Assembly: GCA_965217865.1 (NCBI GenBank)
Contig: CBDCJO010000002.1
Location: 1,920,001 to 1,984,000 of the forward strand
Direction of reading: 5' to 3'
From: Candidatus Latescibacterota bacterium
GTDB lineage: Bacteria; Latescibacterota; UBA2968; SICM01
Length of the DNA: 64,000 nucleotides
Shown here: positions 31,507-41,589 of the stretch, in pieces
How the letters are laid out: each line of letters opens with the position of its first letter
Position numbering within the stretch: position 1 is the stretch's first letter
The notes under the pieces: model-generated
Told to the model about the DNA's origin: nothing
The model's database searches: none
Seen by the model: only the letters and a program-made list of their open reading frames with translations
Translations under genes and position numbers: made by a program

Positions 31507-33183
31507 ATGCCCAAAATGACCGGGTCCCGATTCATCGCGGAAACCCTGAACGGTTACGGGGTCAAGGCGGTCTTCTTCGTTCCGTCTATCCTTAAAACCG
31601 CTCTTGTGGAGATGGAAAAGCTGGGGATAAAGCGCGTGCTCTGTCATTCGGAGAAAGCAGCCGCATACATGGCCGATGGTTACGCCCGGGCTGCCCGCGC
31701 CCCGGGAATCGCCATGGCGCAATCGGTGGGGGCCGCGAACCTGGCCGCGGGCCTTCAGGATGCCTATCTTGCCCTTTCCCCCGTAATCGCCATCACCGGC
31801 CGCTGGCCGACGATCTACCGCTACCGCAATGCCTATCAGGAGATCGACCACCGGCCCCTGTTCGAACCCGTAACCCGGAACACCGTCACGGTGGAAACCC
31901 CCGAAGAACTGCCCCTGCTGTTGCTCCAAGCCTTTCGCGAAGCCACATCGGGCGCACCCGGGCCGGTCCACCTGGACGTTATGGGTTTCACGGGAGAAAT
32001 GGTAGGGGATTCCGAAGCCGATCTGGAGGTCCTGATCGAAGAACCTTTTAACAAAAATCCCGCCCTTCGACCGGAGCCGGAGGCCGATCTTGTGAAACAG
32101 GCCGCCGACCTTCTTGCGAATGCGCAGAAACCCGTCCTCGTGGCCGGCGGAGGCGCGGCGACATCTCAGGCCGGTCCGGAAATTGTGAAGCTGGCCGAGA
32201 TGTTATCCATGCCCGTGGCGACCTCCCTCAACGGAAAAGGGATAATCCCTGAGAACCATCCTCTGTCGATCGGAGTCGTCGGCACCTACTCCCGCTCGTG
32301 CGGAAACCAGGCTGTGTGCGACGCCGACCTGGTCCTGTTCGTAGGCAGCCAAACGGGGGGGCAGGTAACGCATTTCTGGCAAATACCCCGCCAAGGTACC
32401 AGGGTCATTCAGATCGACCTGGACCCGTCCGAACTGGGGCGAAACTACCCGGCGCAGGTTAGCATACTGGGGGATGCGAAAGTCACCCTCCAGCGCTTGA
32501 TCGATGCGGTGGAACCCCCAGATTCAAACACCGAATGGAAAGATCACGTCCAACAACTGGTTTCGAAATGGCGCAAGGAGTTTGAGCCCCTTTTAAGCTC
32601 GGATGCATCTCCCATGCGTCCCGAGCGCCTCTGTCGGGAGATGACGGATTTCCTTCCCTCCGACGCCGTCCTGGTTTCCGACACCGGTCACTCCGGAATC
32701 TGGACAGGCACCATGATCGACCTCACCCAGCCGCACCAGCGATACCTGAGGTGCGCGGGTTCCCTGGGTTGGGGCTTCCCCGCAGCACTCGGGGCAAAGT
32801 GCGCCCTGCCCGAGCGACCGGTGATCTGCTTCACGGGGGACGGAGGCTTCTGGTATCACTTTGCAGAACTCGAAACAGCCGTGAGGAGCGGAATCAACAC
32901 CGTGACAGTCGTGAACAATAACCATTCCCTGAATCAGGAAAAGGCTGTCGTAGACCGCGCTTACGGCGACAACGTATCCGGGAACCCCGAAGAAATCTGG
33001 GTCTTCCGGGATGTGGACTTCTCCAAAATCACTCAGGACATGGGATGCTTCGGGGTTCGAGTCGAACACCCTGGGGATCTCCGGAGCGCATTTGACCAGG
33101 CCCTGAACGCAGGAGTGCCTGCGGTGGTGGACGTGGTAACCGACATCGAAGCCGTGGCCCCGCTGCCTTACCTACCTGAGTGA
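31507..33183 (+). CDS. thiamine pyrophosphate-binding protein (acetolactate synthase-like)
   Basis: EKAAAYMADGYAR, PGPVHL, GSLGWGFPAALGA, GDGG...NN. Confidence 0.92.
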   Translation: MPKMTGSRFIAETLNGYGVKAVFFVPSILKTALVEMEKLGIKRVLCHSEKAAAYMADGYARAARAPGIAMAQSVGAANLAAGLQDAYLALSPVIAITGRWPTIYRYRNAYQEIDHRPLFEPVTRNTVTVETPEELPLLLLQAFREATSGAPGPVHLDVMGFTGEMVGDSEADLEVLIEEPFNKNPALRPEPEADLVKQAADLLANAQKPVLVAGGGAATSQAGPEIVKLAEMLSMPVATSLNGKGIIPENHPLSIGVVGTYSRSCGNQAVCDADLVLFVGSQTGGQVTHFWQIPRQGTRVIQIDLDPSELGRNYPAQVSILGDAKVTLQRLIDAVEPPDSNTEWKDHVQQLVSKWRKEFEPLLSSDASPMRPERLCREMTDFLPSDAVLVSDTGHSGIWTGTMIDLTQPHQRYLRCAGSLGWGFPAALGAKCALPERPVICFTGDGGFWYHFAELETAVRSGINTVTVVNNNHSLNQEKAVVDRAYGDNVSGNPEEIWVFRDVDFSKITQDMGCFGVRVEHPGDLRSAFDQALNAGVPAVVDVVTDIEAVAPLPYLPE

Positions 33184-33273
33184 ATGCCGCCGACCTGTAA
33201 AAAAGAGCTTACCATCCACGATGGCTGAAGCGGGGCCCACATCGAAGACCGCGACTGAGATTCCTGAACCGAC

Positions 33274-33309
33274 AAATCCCCCCCCGGAGATCACCCGACG
33301 GGGATTTTA
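33274..33309 (+). terminator. putative terminator
   Basis: AAATCCCC...GGGGATTTT hairpin after the TPP enzyme gene. Confidence 0.5.
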
Positions 33310-33406
33310 TGTTTAGGACTTTTCTATTGCGTAAGAGAATCCATCTTAAACAAATGGAAAAAAGTGGTAGTCATTGACGAAAGACAACATTCACCCCGGA
33401 GGATAG

Positions 33407-34456
33407 ATGCCCGTTATAGCAGTCAAAACACTTGAGCGGGAATGCGCCCGAATTTTCGTTGGTGGAGGATTATCCGAAGAGGAAGCCCAAACTGTTGCAC
33501 ACTCCCTTGTATTGTCCAACATCCTTGGACACGATTCCCACGGTGTGATCCGGCTTTCCCAATACATGGAGTTCATCCACGCCGGAAAGGTGAAGCCCGG
33601 CAAAAAACTCAACGTGGTTCGGGAAGCGGACGCTTCCGCTGTGGTCGATGGGAGTTGGGGATTCGGCCAATCGATCTGCCGTCAAGCGATGAACCTCGCG
33701 ATGGATAAAGCGAAGGCGCGCTCCATCGCCGCAGTGGAACTGTTTAACTGTTTCCATATCGGTCGACTGGGGGAGTACGTGGAAATTGCGGCGGCGGCCG
33801 GCATGATCGGGATCGTGATGTGCAACAACCACGGGGGCGGCCTGTTGATGCCGCCTTTTGGAGGAATCGATCCGATGATGTCTCCAAACCCCATTGCCGT
33901 TGGATTCCCGACCGGCCGTGACTTTCCGATCGTCGTGGATATGACAACGAGCGTGACAGCGGAGGGGAAAATCCGGGTAAAACGGAATCTGGGTGAAAAA
34001 ATACCGGAGGGGTGGGTCCTCGACTCGGAAGGAAATCCGGTGACGGAAACCGAGAAATTCTACGGCCCGCCCCGCGGGGCCATTCTTCCGTTTGGAGGGA
34101 ACATGGCGCATAAAGGCTCCGCCCTGGGCGTGATGGTCGATATCCTCTCCGGGGCTCTGGGAGGATGCGGGTGCAGTCGCGGGCTAACAGACATAACCGG
34201 AAACGGGGTTTTTCTGATGGCGATCGATATCCAGGCATTCACCCCACCGGATCGATTCCGCGAGGAGGTGGGATCATTTATCGAATATCTGAAGAGTTCC
34301 CGCCTGATGGAAGGATTTGACGAGATCCTGGTTCCGGGCGAAGTCGAACACCGAATGAGGGTAAAGCGTCAGAAGGAAGGGGTTGTCGTCGATGATCAGA
34401 CATGGGATCAGTTATGTGAAGCGGGACGGGAGGTAGGAGTCAAGGTTGAAGTTTGA
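33407..34456 (+). CDS. Ldh_2 (malate/L-lactate/sulfolactate dehydrogenase) family oxidoreductase
   Basis: GHDSHG, HIGRLG, NPIA, DMTTS, HKGSAL, LVPGE. Confidence 0.92.
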   Translation: MPVIAVKTLERECARIFVGGGLSEEEAQTVAHSLVLSNILGHDSHGVIRLSQYMEFIHAGKVKPGKKLNVVREADASAVVDGSWGFGQSICRQAMNLAMDKAKARSIAAVELFNCFHIGRLGEYVEIAAAAGMIGIVMCNNHGGGLLMPPFGGIDPMMSPNPIAVGFPTGRDFPIVVDMTTSVTAEGKIRVKRNLGEKIPEGWVLDSEGNPVTETEKFYGPPRGAILPFGGNMAHKGSALGVMVDILSGALGGCGCSRGLTDITGNGVFLMAIDIQAFTPPDRFREEVGSFIEYLKSSRLMEGFDEILVPGEVEHRMRVKRQKEGVVVDDQTWDQLCEAGREVGVKVEV

Positions 34457-34646
34457 ATTACGAATATTCGTATGAGAGCTTCCTTGCTGCCTTCTTCGAT
34501 GAAATCACCTACACGGATGCGATCTTCCGTTTCACGATTTGACGTTTCACGTTTGAGGTCTTTCAATCTTCAATCTCACCTGGCCTCTGACTTGCTTTAC
34601 CTGCCACTGCCGCTGTTACTGTATTTGCTGTCTCACGTCTCACTTT

Positions 34647-35003
34647 ATGACTCGAAAACAGTTCGAGAAACTCGTCCTCGACGCTCTAAAGGATCTCCCT
34701 GAGGAATTCCGCTCCCGACTCGATAATGTGGAGATCGTGATCGAGGGTGAACCGACTCGCGAAGATCTGAAATCAGTTGGACTGACCGAAGATGATCTTC
34801 TCCTAGGCCTCTACCACGGGACCCCCCTCACCCAGCGGACGAGCGACTACGCGATGGCACTACCGGACCGGATCGTCCTGTATCAATCAGACATCGAAGA
34901 CTGCTGCGATACGCGGGAGCAGATCGCGGAGGAGGTTCGGAAGACCGTCATCCACGAGATCGCTCATTTCTTCGGATTGGAAGAGGACGAATTGCCATAC
35001 TGA
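34647..35003 (+). CDS. zincin-like metallopeptidase family protein
   Basis: LLGLYHG, PDRIVLY, HEIAHFFG. Confidence 0.9.
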   Translation: MTRKQFEKLVLDALKDLPEEFRSRLDNVEIVIEGEPTREDLKSVGLTEDDLLLGLYHGTPLTQRTSDYAMALPDRIVLYQSDIEDCCDTREQIAEEVRKTVIHEIAHFFGLEEDELPY

Positions 35004-35151
35004 AAACCGGTCGTTCATTCCCCTTGTGTGGAGGGTGGAGTGATATACGAAGCCCTCCGGGACCCCGACTTGTCCCTGACCCTGAGAAGATGAGGGGTCG
35101 TCCCATTTTTCATCTTGCGAAACAGGGGGGGTTTGAGTAGTTTAAATTCAA

Positions 35152-35329
35152 CAAGGGTAGAGGCGCAGTCCTTCATCAGTACCCGGCAGAGGAGGCGGTC
35201 CAATCTGCCGTGAGAAAGGGAGGGATTGCCGAAGCCTGACGTCCATTCCGCCGCGACGCATCAGGCTGGGCCAGCGGATAAGATTCGCTGGACTGTCACA
35301 GGGTAAAAGTCCTGTGGAGCGCTCTCTTG
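35152..35329 (+). promoter_or_regulatory. lysine riboswitch aptamer
   Basis: Ordered consensus blocks AGAGGCGC, AGTA, GAAAGGG, GCCGAA, CTGGG, GACTGTCA, GGAGCGCT; P1 CAAGGG/CTCTTG; directly upstream of asd. Confidence 0.9.
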
Positions 35330-35356
35330 TAGTTCGACAAACGCCGTTATTGAAGG

Positions 35357-35400
35357 CAGCCGGCGGAGTCCCTACCCTTGGACATCCCGGCTGTTTTTTT
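35357..35400 (+). terminator. riboswitch expression-platform terminator
   Basis: CAGCCGG...CCGGCTG plus T7; contains CTACCCTTG complementary to the aptamer 5' strand CAAGGGTAG. Confidence 0.8.
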
Positions 35401-35430
35401 GCATCATGATGATACGAGGAGGGCCTTCTG

Positions 35431-36513
35431 ATGAATAAATTACGTGTCGGAGTGCTCGGCGGGACCGGCATGGTGGGCCAGCAGTTTATCACGCTCCTTG
35501 CCGATCACCCATGGTTTGACGTGACCACCGTCGCAGCCAGTCATCGGTCTGCCGGCAAAACCTATCGAGAGGCCGTGGCTGGTCGGTGGGTCATGACAAA
35601 AGATATCCCCTCAAGCGTCGGGGACACGGTGGTCAAAAATGTTACAGAGTTCGACCGCATCGAAAACGAGGTGGATTTTGTCTTTTCCGCCCTGGACATG
35701 GACAAAGAAGAGATCCGGTCCATGGAGGACACATATGCCAAACTCGAGATACCCGTCGTGTCCAACAACTCCGCTCATCGTTGGACCCCGGATGTCCCAA
35801 TGATCATCCCGGAGATCAATCCCGACCATATCGACATCATCCCTTCCCAGCGGAAGCGTCTGGGAACGCAACGCGGATTTATCGCCGTCAAGCCCAACTG
35901 TTCCCTCCAGCCCTATGTCCCCCCCCTCCACGCCCTGCGTGAGTTCAGGGTGACCCAGGCCACGGTTTGTACCTACCAGGCCCTGTCGGGCGCTGGAAAG
36001 ACCTTCGACACATGGCCTGAGATGGTGGACAACATCATTCCGTTCATCGGGGGAGAGGAGGACAAGAGCGTCCGAGAACCCCTGAAGATATGGGGTAAGA
36101 TCGAAGGAGACCGGATCGTTAACACGGACGAACCGGTGATCTCCGCCCAGTGCGTTCGTGTCCCCGTATCCGACGGACACATGGCGGCCACTTCCGTCTC
36201 GTTCGAGAAAACCCCCGCAATCGATGAAATTCTGGATCGATGGAGATCTTTTGAGGGAAAACCCCAGAAGATGAAACTACCGTCCGCACCCAACCCGTTT
36301 TTGAACTATCACGAAGTGGACGATCGGCCGCAAACACGCCTCGACCGCGACGCCGGGGGTGGAATGGGGGTCGTCATCGGAAGGCTCCGTGAGGACAGCA
36401 TCTTCGATTTCAAGTTCGTATCCCTCAGCCATAACACCGTTCGCGGCGCAGCTGGCGGGGGGATCCTCACCGCGGAGCTTCTGAAGGCGGAGGGTTATCT
36501 GGTCGAAAGGTGA
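35431..36513 (+). CDS. asd: aspartate-semialdehyde dehydrogenase
   Basis: GGTGMVGQ, KPNCS, QALSGAG, RVPVSDGH, SHNTVRGAAGG. Confidence 0.96.
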   Translation: MNKLRVGVLGGTGMVGQQFITLLADHPWFDVTTVAASHRSAGKTYREAVAGRWVMTKDIPSSVGDTVVKNVTEFDRIENEVDFVFSALDMDKEEIRSMEDTYAKLEIPVVSNNSAHRWTPDVPMIIPEINPDHIDIIPSQRKRLGTQRGFIAVKPNCSLQPYVPPLHALREFRVTQATVCTYQALSGAGKTFDTWPEMVDNIIPFIGGEEDKSVREPLKIWGKIEGDRIVNTDEPVISAQCVRVPVSDGHMAATSVSFEKTPAIDEILDRWRSFEGKPQKMKLPSAPNPFLNYHEVDDRPQTRLDRDAGGGMGVVIGRLREDSIFDFKFVSLSHNTVRGAAGGGILTAELLKAEGYLVER

Positions 36514-36539
36514 CTCTGAACATTTCAAGGAAGTCTCGA

Positions 36540-38480
36540 ATGAACTTCAATGGCATGCGCGTCGTCTCGTTCGAGAGTCGACGGGCCTCCGAGATGGCGG
36601 ACCTGATCCGGCGCTTCGGCGGGAGCCCCTTGAGCGCCCCCACCGTGCGGGAAGTTCCGCTTGAAGAGAACTCCGAAGCGCTGCGGTTCGCGGACCGTCT
36701 TTTTGACGGCGGGTTCGACATCGTCATCCTGCTCACAGGCGTTGGGACACGCATGCTCGCAAGGGCGGTTGAGATGAAATATCCACGGGAACGATTCATC
36801 CAGGCATTGAGCGAGGTCACGACCGTCGCCCGGGGTCCCAAACCCGTCGCCGCGCTGAAGGAAATGGACCTGACGCCGACCATCCAGATTCCGGAACCGA
36901 GCACGTGGCGGGATATTCTCGTGACCCTGGACGAGAAGAGCCCCGTGAACGGAAAACGTGTCGCCGCACAGGAATACGGTCGTCCGAGACCCGAACTTGC
37001 CGAGGGCCTGCGCAAGAGAGGGGCAGAATTAATGTGCGTCCCCGTTTACCGCTGGGCGTTGCCCGAAGACCTGTCGCCCCTGCGAAAGGCGATCCGTGAA
37101 ATCGTCGAAGGGCAAATAGACTGTGCGCTTTTCACGAGTGAAACCCAGGTGCTTCACCTTTTTCAGGTCGCGACGGAAGACGGGATCGCATCCCGATTGC
37201 AGGACGGGTTCAAGCGCATCTGCATCGGATCCATCGGACCGATCGCCACAGGCGCCGTCTCTGAAAAGGAGATGAAAGTCGACCACGAACCCGAGTCGCC
37301 GAAGATGGAGGAGCTGGTCTCCGACATGGCACGACGGAGTCGCGATCTGCTCCTCCGGAAACGAACGGCCGCTGCCAACGGCGTCGACACCCATCGATGG
37401 CGTCGAATCGACATGGCGTGGAAGACCTCCCAGGATGAAGACCGCGCTTCACGGACGGCCGATTCTGCGTTCATGAAGGCGTGTCGGCTCGAGAGGACCG
37501 ACTACACGCCGATCTGGCTGATGAGACAAGCCGGTCGCTATCAGCGCGAGTACCGGCAGTTGCGCGCCGACGTCCCCTTTCTCCAATTGTGCAAGACACC
37601 GGACCTCGCCGCGGAAGTCACCCTGATGGCAGTAGACCGTCTCGGCCCCGATGCCGCGATCATCTTTGCCGATATCCTCCTCGTCCTCGAACCCATGGGG
37701 ATCGGCCTGGAGTTTTCGAAAGGCGAAGGACCCGTCATCCGAAACCCCGTCCGCACAGCCCGCGACGTGGACGGAATTCGAGACGCAAACCCGGACGACC
37801 TCGGTTATGTGTTCGACGCGATCAAAATTACACGCCGCGCCCTGCATCCCGACATCCCCCTGATCGGCTTTGCCGGGGGACCCTTCACCGTCGCATCGTA
37901 TGCGGTTGAAGGCGGGGGCTCCCGCCACTACCAGAACACAAAGATGCTCATGCATCGGGACCGGGGGGCTTGGCGCGCGCTTATGGACCGGTTGACCCGG
38001 ACACTCACCGAATACCTCAACGGGCAGATCTCCGCCGGCGTGGATGTCGTTCAGCTTTTCGACAGCTGGGTCGGATGCCTCTCGCCCGATGACTACCGGG
38101 AATTCGTCCTGCCCCACGTAAAGCAACTCATACAAGGCCTGACCCCCGCCGTTCCGGTCATCCACTTTGCGACAAATAACGCGTCCTTACTCGGGTTGAT
38201 GAAGCAGGCCGGCGGTGACGTGATCGGATTGGATTGGCGGGTGGACCTGGAGGAAGCATGGTCCAGGTTGGGTGAAGACGTGGCCGTCATGGGAAATCTC
38301 GATCCGGTCGTACTATTCGCTTCCCCGGACGAAATCAGATCCCAGACGAAACGGATCCTTGACAAGGCCGCCGGCCGGCCGGGACATATTTTCAACCTCG
38401 GCCACGGCATCCTTCCCGGCACCCCTCCGAAAAACGCCGCTGCACTGATCGACGCCGTTCACGAGCTATCCGCAAGGTGA
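36540..38480 (+). CDS. hemE: fused uroporphyrinogen-III synthase (HemD) / uroporphyrinogen decarboxylase (HemE)
   Basis: N-part FESRR, LTGVG, ARGPKP, VYRW, SIGP; C-part PIWLMRQAGRY, DAAIIFADIL, QLFDSW, FNLGHG. Confidence 0.92.
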   Translation: MNFNGMRVVSFESRRASEMADLIRRFGGSPLSAPTVREVPLEENSEALRFADRLFDGGFDIVILLTGVGTRMLARAVEMKYPRERFIQALSEVTTVARGPKPVAALKEMDLTPTIQIPEPSTWRDILVTLDEKSPVNGKRVAAQEYGRPRPELAEGLRKRGAELMCVPVYRWALPEDLSPLRKAIREIVEGQIDCALFTSETQVLHLFQVATEDGIASRLQDGFKRICIGSIGPIATGAVSEKEMKVDHEPESPKMEELVSDMARRSRDLLLRKRTAAANGVDTHRWRRIDMAWKTSQDEDRASRTADSAFMKACRLERTDYTPIWLMRQAGRYQREYRQLRADVPFLQLCKTPDLAAEVTLMAVDRLGPDAAIIFADILLVLEPMGIGLEFSKGEGPVIRNPVRTARDVDGIRDANPDDLGYVFDAIKITRRALHPDIPLIGFAGGPFTVASYAVEGGGSRHYQNTKMLMHRDRGAWRALMDRLTRTLTEYLNGQISAGVDVVQLFDSWVGCLSPDDYREFVLPHVKQLIQGLTPAVPVIHFATNNASLLGLMKQAGGDVIGLDWRVDLEEAWSRLGEDVAVMGNLDPVVLFASPDEIRSQTKRILDKAAGRPGHIFNLGHGILPGTPPKNAAALIDAVHELSAR

Positions 38481-38542
38481 CAAAGGCAGGGGCCAGATGT
38501 CGGAGGTCAGAGATCGGAAGCCAGAGGTCAGGGAAAATTGGT

Positions 38543-38945
38543 GTGGGGCACGGCATGCCGTGCCCCTACCTATTCAGGATGGTCTTGACGAAAATATTCA
38601 AATCGATCGGGTGTCAAACCCCCTGCGCCCCCTTCCCTAAAGGGAAGGGGGATGTCGCCTTTCACCCTCCATTGTCTCCGAGCTGAAACGCTACTGGGTT
38701 GGTTCAACGCCCTCATACCCTGTATCCCCTTCTCCCGTCCTTCGACGAGCTCAGGACAGGCTCCGCAGGAGAAGGGGACGACGACATTCATTTTCTACAT
38801 ATCAAAAACCTCTCCTTTCTCTTCATCAAACAAATAGATCATTTCGAATTTGCCCTCTCCCGGCACCCGGGAGAGGGGTGCCGAGCTTTGCGAGGCGGGG
38901 TGAGGGAGCTTGACGGCAAGCCAAAATGTCATAGCGCCTTCCGGA
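38543..38945. repeat. cluster of REP-like palindromes
   Basis: GGGGCACGGCATGCCGTGCCCC (38545-38566); CCCCCTTCCCTAAAGGGAAGGGGG (~38628-38651); CCCCTTCTCC...GGAGAAGGGG enclosing CCTTCGACGAGCTCAGGACAGG (38726-38777); CCCTCTCCCGGCACCCGGGAGAGGG...GGGGTGAGGG (38853-38909). Confidence 0.8.
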
Positions 38946-38993
38946 CCCATATCCCCGGATTGTCGATCCTATGGCCACTCCTTTTAGACGAAT

Positions 38994-39908
38994 ATGAATA
39001 CCGACGCCGTCCTCATGATCGGATTCGGGGGGCCTGAACGTCCGGAGGATATCCATCCCTTTCTGGAAAACGTCAGCCGGGGCCGTCGGATCCCTGAAGA
39101 ACGCCTGAAAGCGGTCGCACGCCAATATGAAATCATCGGTGGAAAATCACCGATGAACGAACTCACGTTCCGACAGGCGAATGCGTTAACTGCAAAGCTG
39201 GAAGGCACCCTGAATGTCTATGTCGGGATGCGCAACTGGAATCCCTTGCTCATCGATACCATCCGTCAAATGGCAGGGGACGACGTTAAGAACGCGGTCG
39301 GTGTGATCATGGCCCCCCAGGAGAGCGACTCGGGCTGGGATCAGTACCAAAGAAACGTTGCCGAGGCCGTCGCTCAGGCCGGCGTCACGATGTCGGTCGA
39401 CTATCCTCCACCCGTATTCGATCATCCCCTCTTCATCGAAGCGGTTTCTAATCGGGTCCGGGAATGCCTTTTGCAGATTCCCGATCCGAATCGAAGACAG
39501 GCCACGATCGTCTTCACCGCACACAGCATCCCGACAAGCGATCCCCTCAGGCAGCGTTACGTTCACCAGCTGAACCTCGCCGCAAAACGGGTAACGGAGA
39601 GACTGGATCATCCAGTTTGGCTCCTGTCCTACCAGAGCCGCAGCGGGCGACCTCAGGATCCCTGGCTAGAGCCCGACGTCAACGACACGCTTCGAAGCAT
39701 TTCCTCCAGGGGAGAGCGTCACGTCATCCTCGTGCCCATCGGGTTTCTGTGCGATCACGCGGAAGTCCTTTACGATCTGGATTATCAGGCCGCGCAGACG
39801 GCTCGTGAACTCGGAATCACCTTGTTCCGCGCGAAGACGGTAAACGACGACGATCTTTTTATCCAGGCTCTTGCCGAACGGGTGAGGGGGGCGACGCATG
39901 GCGGATGA
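38994..39908 (+). CDS. hemH: ferrochelatase
   Basis: GFGGPE, GGKSP, GMRNW, FTAHSIP, YQSRSG, WLEPD, DHAEVLYDLD. Confidence 0.95.
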   Translation: MNTDAVLMIGFGGPERPEDIHPFLENVSRGRRIPEERLKAVARQYEIIGGKSPMNELTFRQANALTAKLEGTLNVYVGMRNWNPLLIDTIRQMAGDDVKNAVGVIMAPQESDSGWDQYQRNVAEAVAQAGVTMSVDYPPPVFDHPLFIEAVSNRVRECLLQIPDPNRRQATIVFTAHSIPTSDPLRQRYVHQLNLAAKRVTERLDHPVWLLSYQSRSGRPQDPWLEPDVNDTLRSISSRGERHVILVPIGFLCDHAEVLYDLDYQAAQTARELGITLFRAKTVNDDDLFIQALAERVRGATHGG

Positions 39909-41385
39909 ACCTCAAAAGTTCAGGATCGCCGTCATCGGAGGCGGAATCACCGGCCTGAGCGTAGCGCACCGGCTGATCGAATGCAGCGAAGGCATCCCGA
40001 TGGAAGTGACCCTCCTGGAGGGGGGTGATCGTCTCGGGGGAGGGATTCGGACGATTCGTCGGGACGGCTACCTGATCGAAGCCGGACCCGACAACTTCAT
40101 CACCACAAAGCCGTGGGGATTGAACCTGTGCAAACGGATCGGGCTGGCGGACCGGTTGATCCAGACCAACGATTCTCACCGGCGCGCTTTCCTGGTTCAT
40201 CGAGACGAACTGCATCCCCTTCCCGACGGATTCCTGATGCTCGCCCCTACGCGAATCCGGTCTCTGGTGACCTCGAGGCTGTTCTCCTGGCGGGGAAAGC
40301 TCCGGATGGCCGTCGAACCGCTCATCCCAAGGAAAAAAGATGATGAAGACGAATCCCTGGCCTCTTTCGTCACCCGTCGCCTGGGCAGGGAGGCCCTCCA
40401 GCGGGCGGCCCAGCCGCTAGTGAGCGGAATCTATACCTCCGATCCGGAGACCCTCAGCCTGCGCGCAACCATGCCGAGATTTCTGGAAATGGAGAAGGAG
40501 TGTGGAAGCATCATTCGGGGGATGAGGCGTGAACAGCGGAGAAAGAAGAAAGCGGGAAACGGGGGACGGTCCGGTGAAAGCGGAGCCCGTTACAGCATGT
40601 TCGTCACGCTCGACAACGGACTCCAGGTACTGATCGACAGCCTCACTTCACGTTTGCCCCCGGGCGTGGTACGGCTCAACCGGCGTGTCGCGGGGATCAC
40701 ACCCATCCCAAACGCCGAAGACGCAGGGGCAAAACCCAGATGGAAGATTTCTCTACAGGACGGAAACGGGATGGAAGTTCACGGGATCATCATCGCGGTT
40801 CCCGCATACCGGGCGGCGAAATTCGTGGAAGGATTCGATCCTGAGTTGGGACAACAGATCGGATCGATCGAATACGCTTCTTCCGCAGTCGTAAATCTGG
40901 CCTATCGCCGGGACGACGTACCCCACCCCCTCAACGGCTTCGGTTTCATCGTCCCAGCGATCGAAAAAAGGGACATCATCGCCTGCACCTTCAGCAGCGT
41001 AAAATACTCGGGCAGGGCCCCCGAGGGCGGTCTGCTATTGCGCTGCTTTCTGGGCGGGGCCATACAACCACACATCTATGAATGGGAAGACGACGAGATG
41101 ATCCGCGCGGTACGGCGGGAGATGCGCGACCTCCTCGGAATTCAGGAAAGCCCCAAGTTCAGCCTCGTCCACCGACATCCCCAGGCCATGCCGCAATATC
41201 GCGTCGGTCACCTCCGTCACGTCTCCGGCATCCAGGACCAACTCCGCCGCCACCCGGGCCTGATCCTCGCCGGAAACGCCTATCACGGCGTCGGCATCCC
41301 GGACTGCATCCACAGCGGCGAAGAAGCGGCGGAAAACTTGGTGAAGGCACTGGGTTCGGCCTCGAATGCCGATCGTGATTCGTGA
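39898..41385 (+). CDS. hemG: HemY-type proto/coproporphyrinogen oxidase
   Basis: IGGGITGL, EAGPD, GFGFIVP, AMPQY, GVGIPDCI. Confidence 0.93.
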   Translation: MADEPQKFRIAVIGGGITGLSVAHRLIECSEGIPMEVTLLEGGDRLGGGIRTIRRDGYLIEAGPDNFITTKPWGLNLCKRIGLADRLIQTNDSHRRAFLVHRDELHPLPDGFLMLAPTRIRSLVTSRLFSWRGKLRMAVEPLIPRKKDDEDESLASFVTRRLGREALQRAAQPLVSGIYTSDPETLSLRATMPRFLEMEKECGSIIRGMRREQRRKKKAGNGGRSGESGARYSMFVTLDNGLQVLIDSLTSRLPPGVVRLNRRVAGITPIPNAEDAGAKPRWKISLQDGNGMEVHGIIIAVPAYRAAKFVEGFDPELGQQIGSIEYASSAVVNLAYRRDDVPHPLNGFGFIVPAIEKRDIIACTFSSVKYSGRAPEGGLLLRCFLGGAIQPHIYEWEDDEMIRAVRREMRDLLGIQESPKFSLVHRHPQAMPQYRVGHLRHVSGIQDQLRRHPGLILAGNAYHGVGIPDCIHSGEEAAENLVKALGSASNADRDS

Positions 41386-41589
41386 TTCGTGATTCGTGAT
41401 TCGTGATTCGTGATTCGTGATTCGTGATTCGTGATTCGTGATTCGTGATTCGTGATTCGTGATTCGTGATTCGTGATTCGTGATTCGTGATTCGTGATTC
41501 GTGATTCGTGATTCGTGATTCGTGATTCGTGATTCGTGATTCGTGATTCGTGATTCGTGATTCGTGATTCGTGATTCGTGATTCGTGAT
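41373..41589. repeat. heptamer microsatellite (TCGTGAT)x31
   Basis: Perfect 217-bp tandem run starting inside the last codons of hemG. Confidence 0.97.

Noticed and set aside
41373-41589. Possible CRISPR array
   Set aside because: Pure tandem 7-mer with no spacers.
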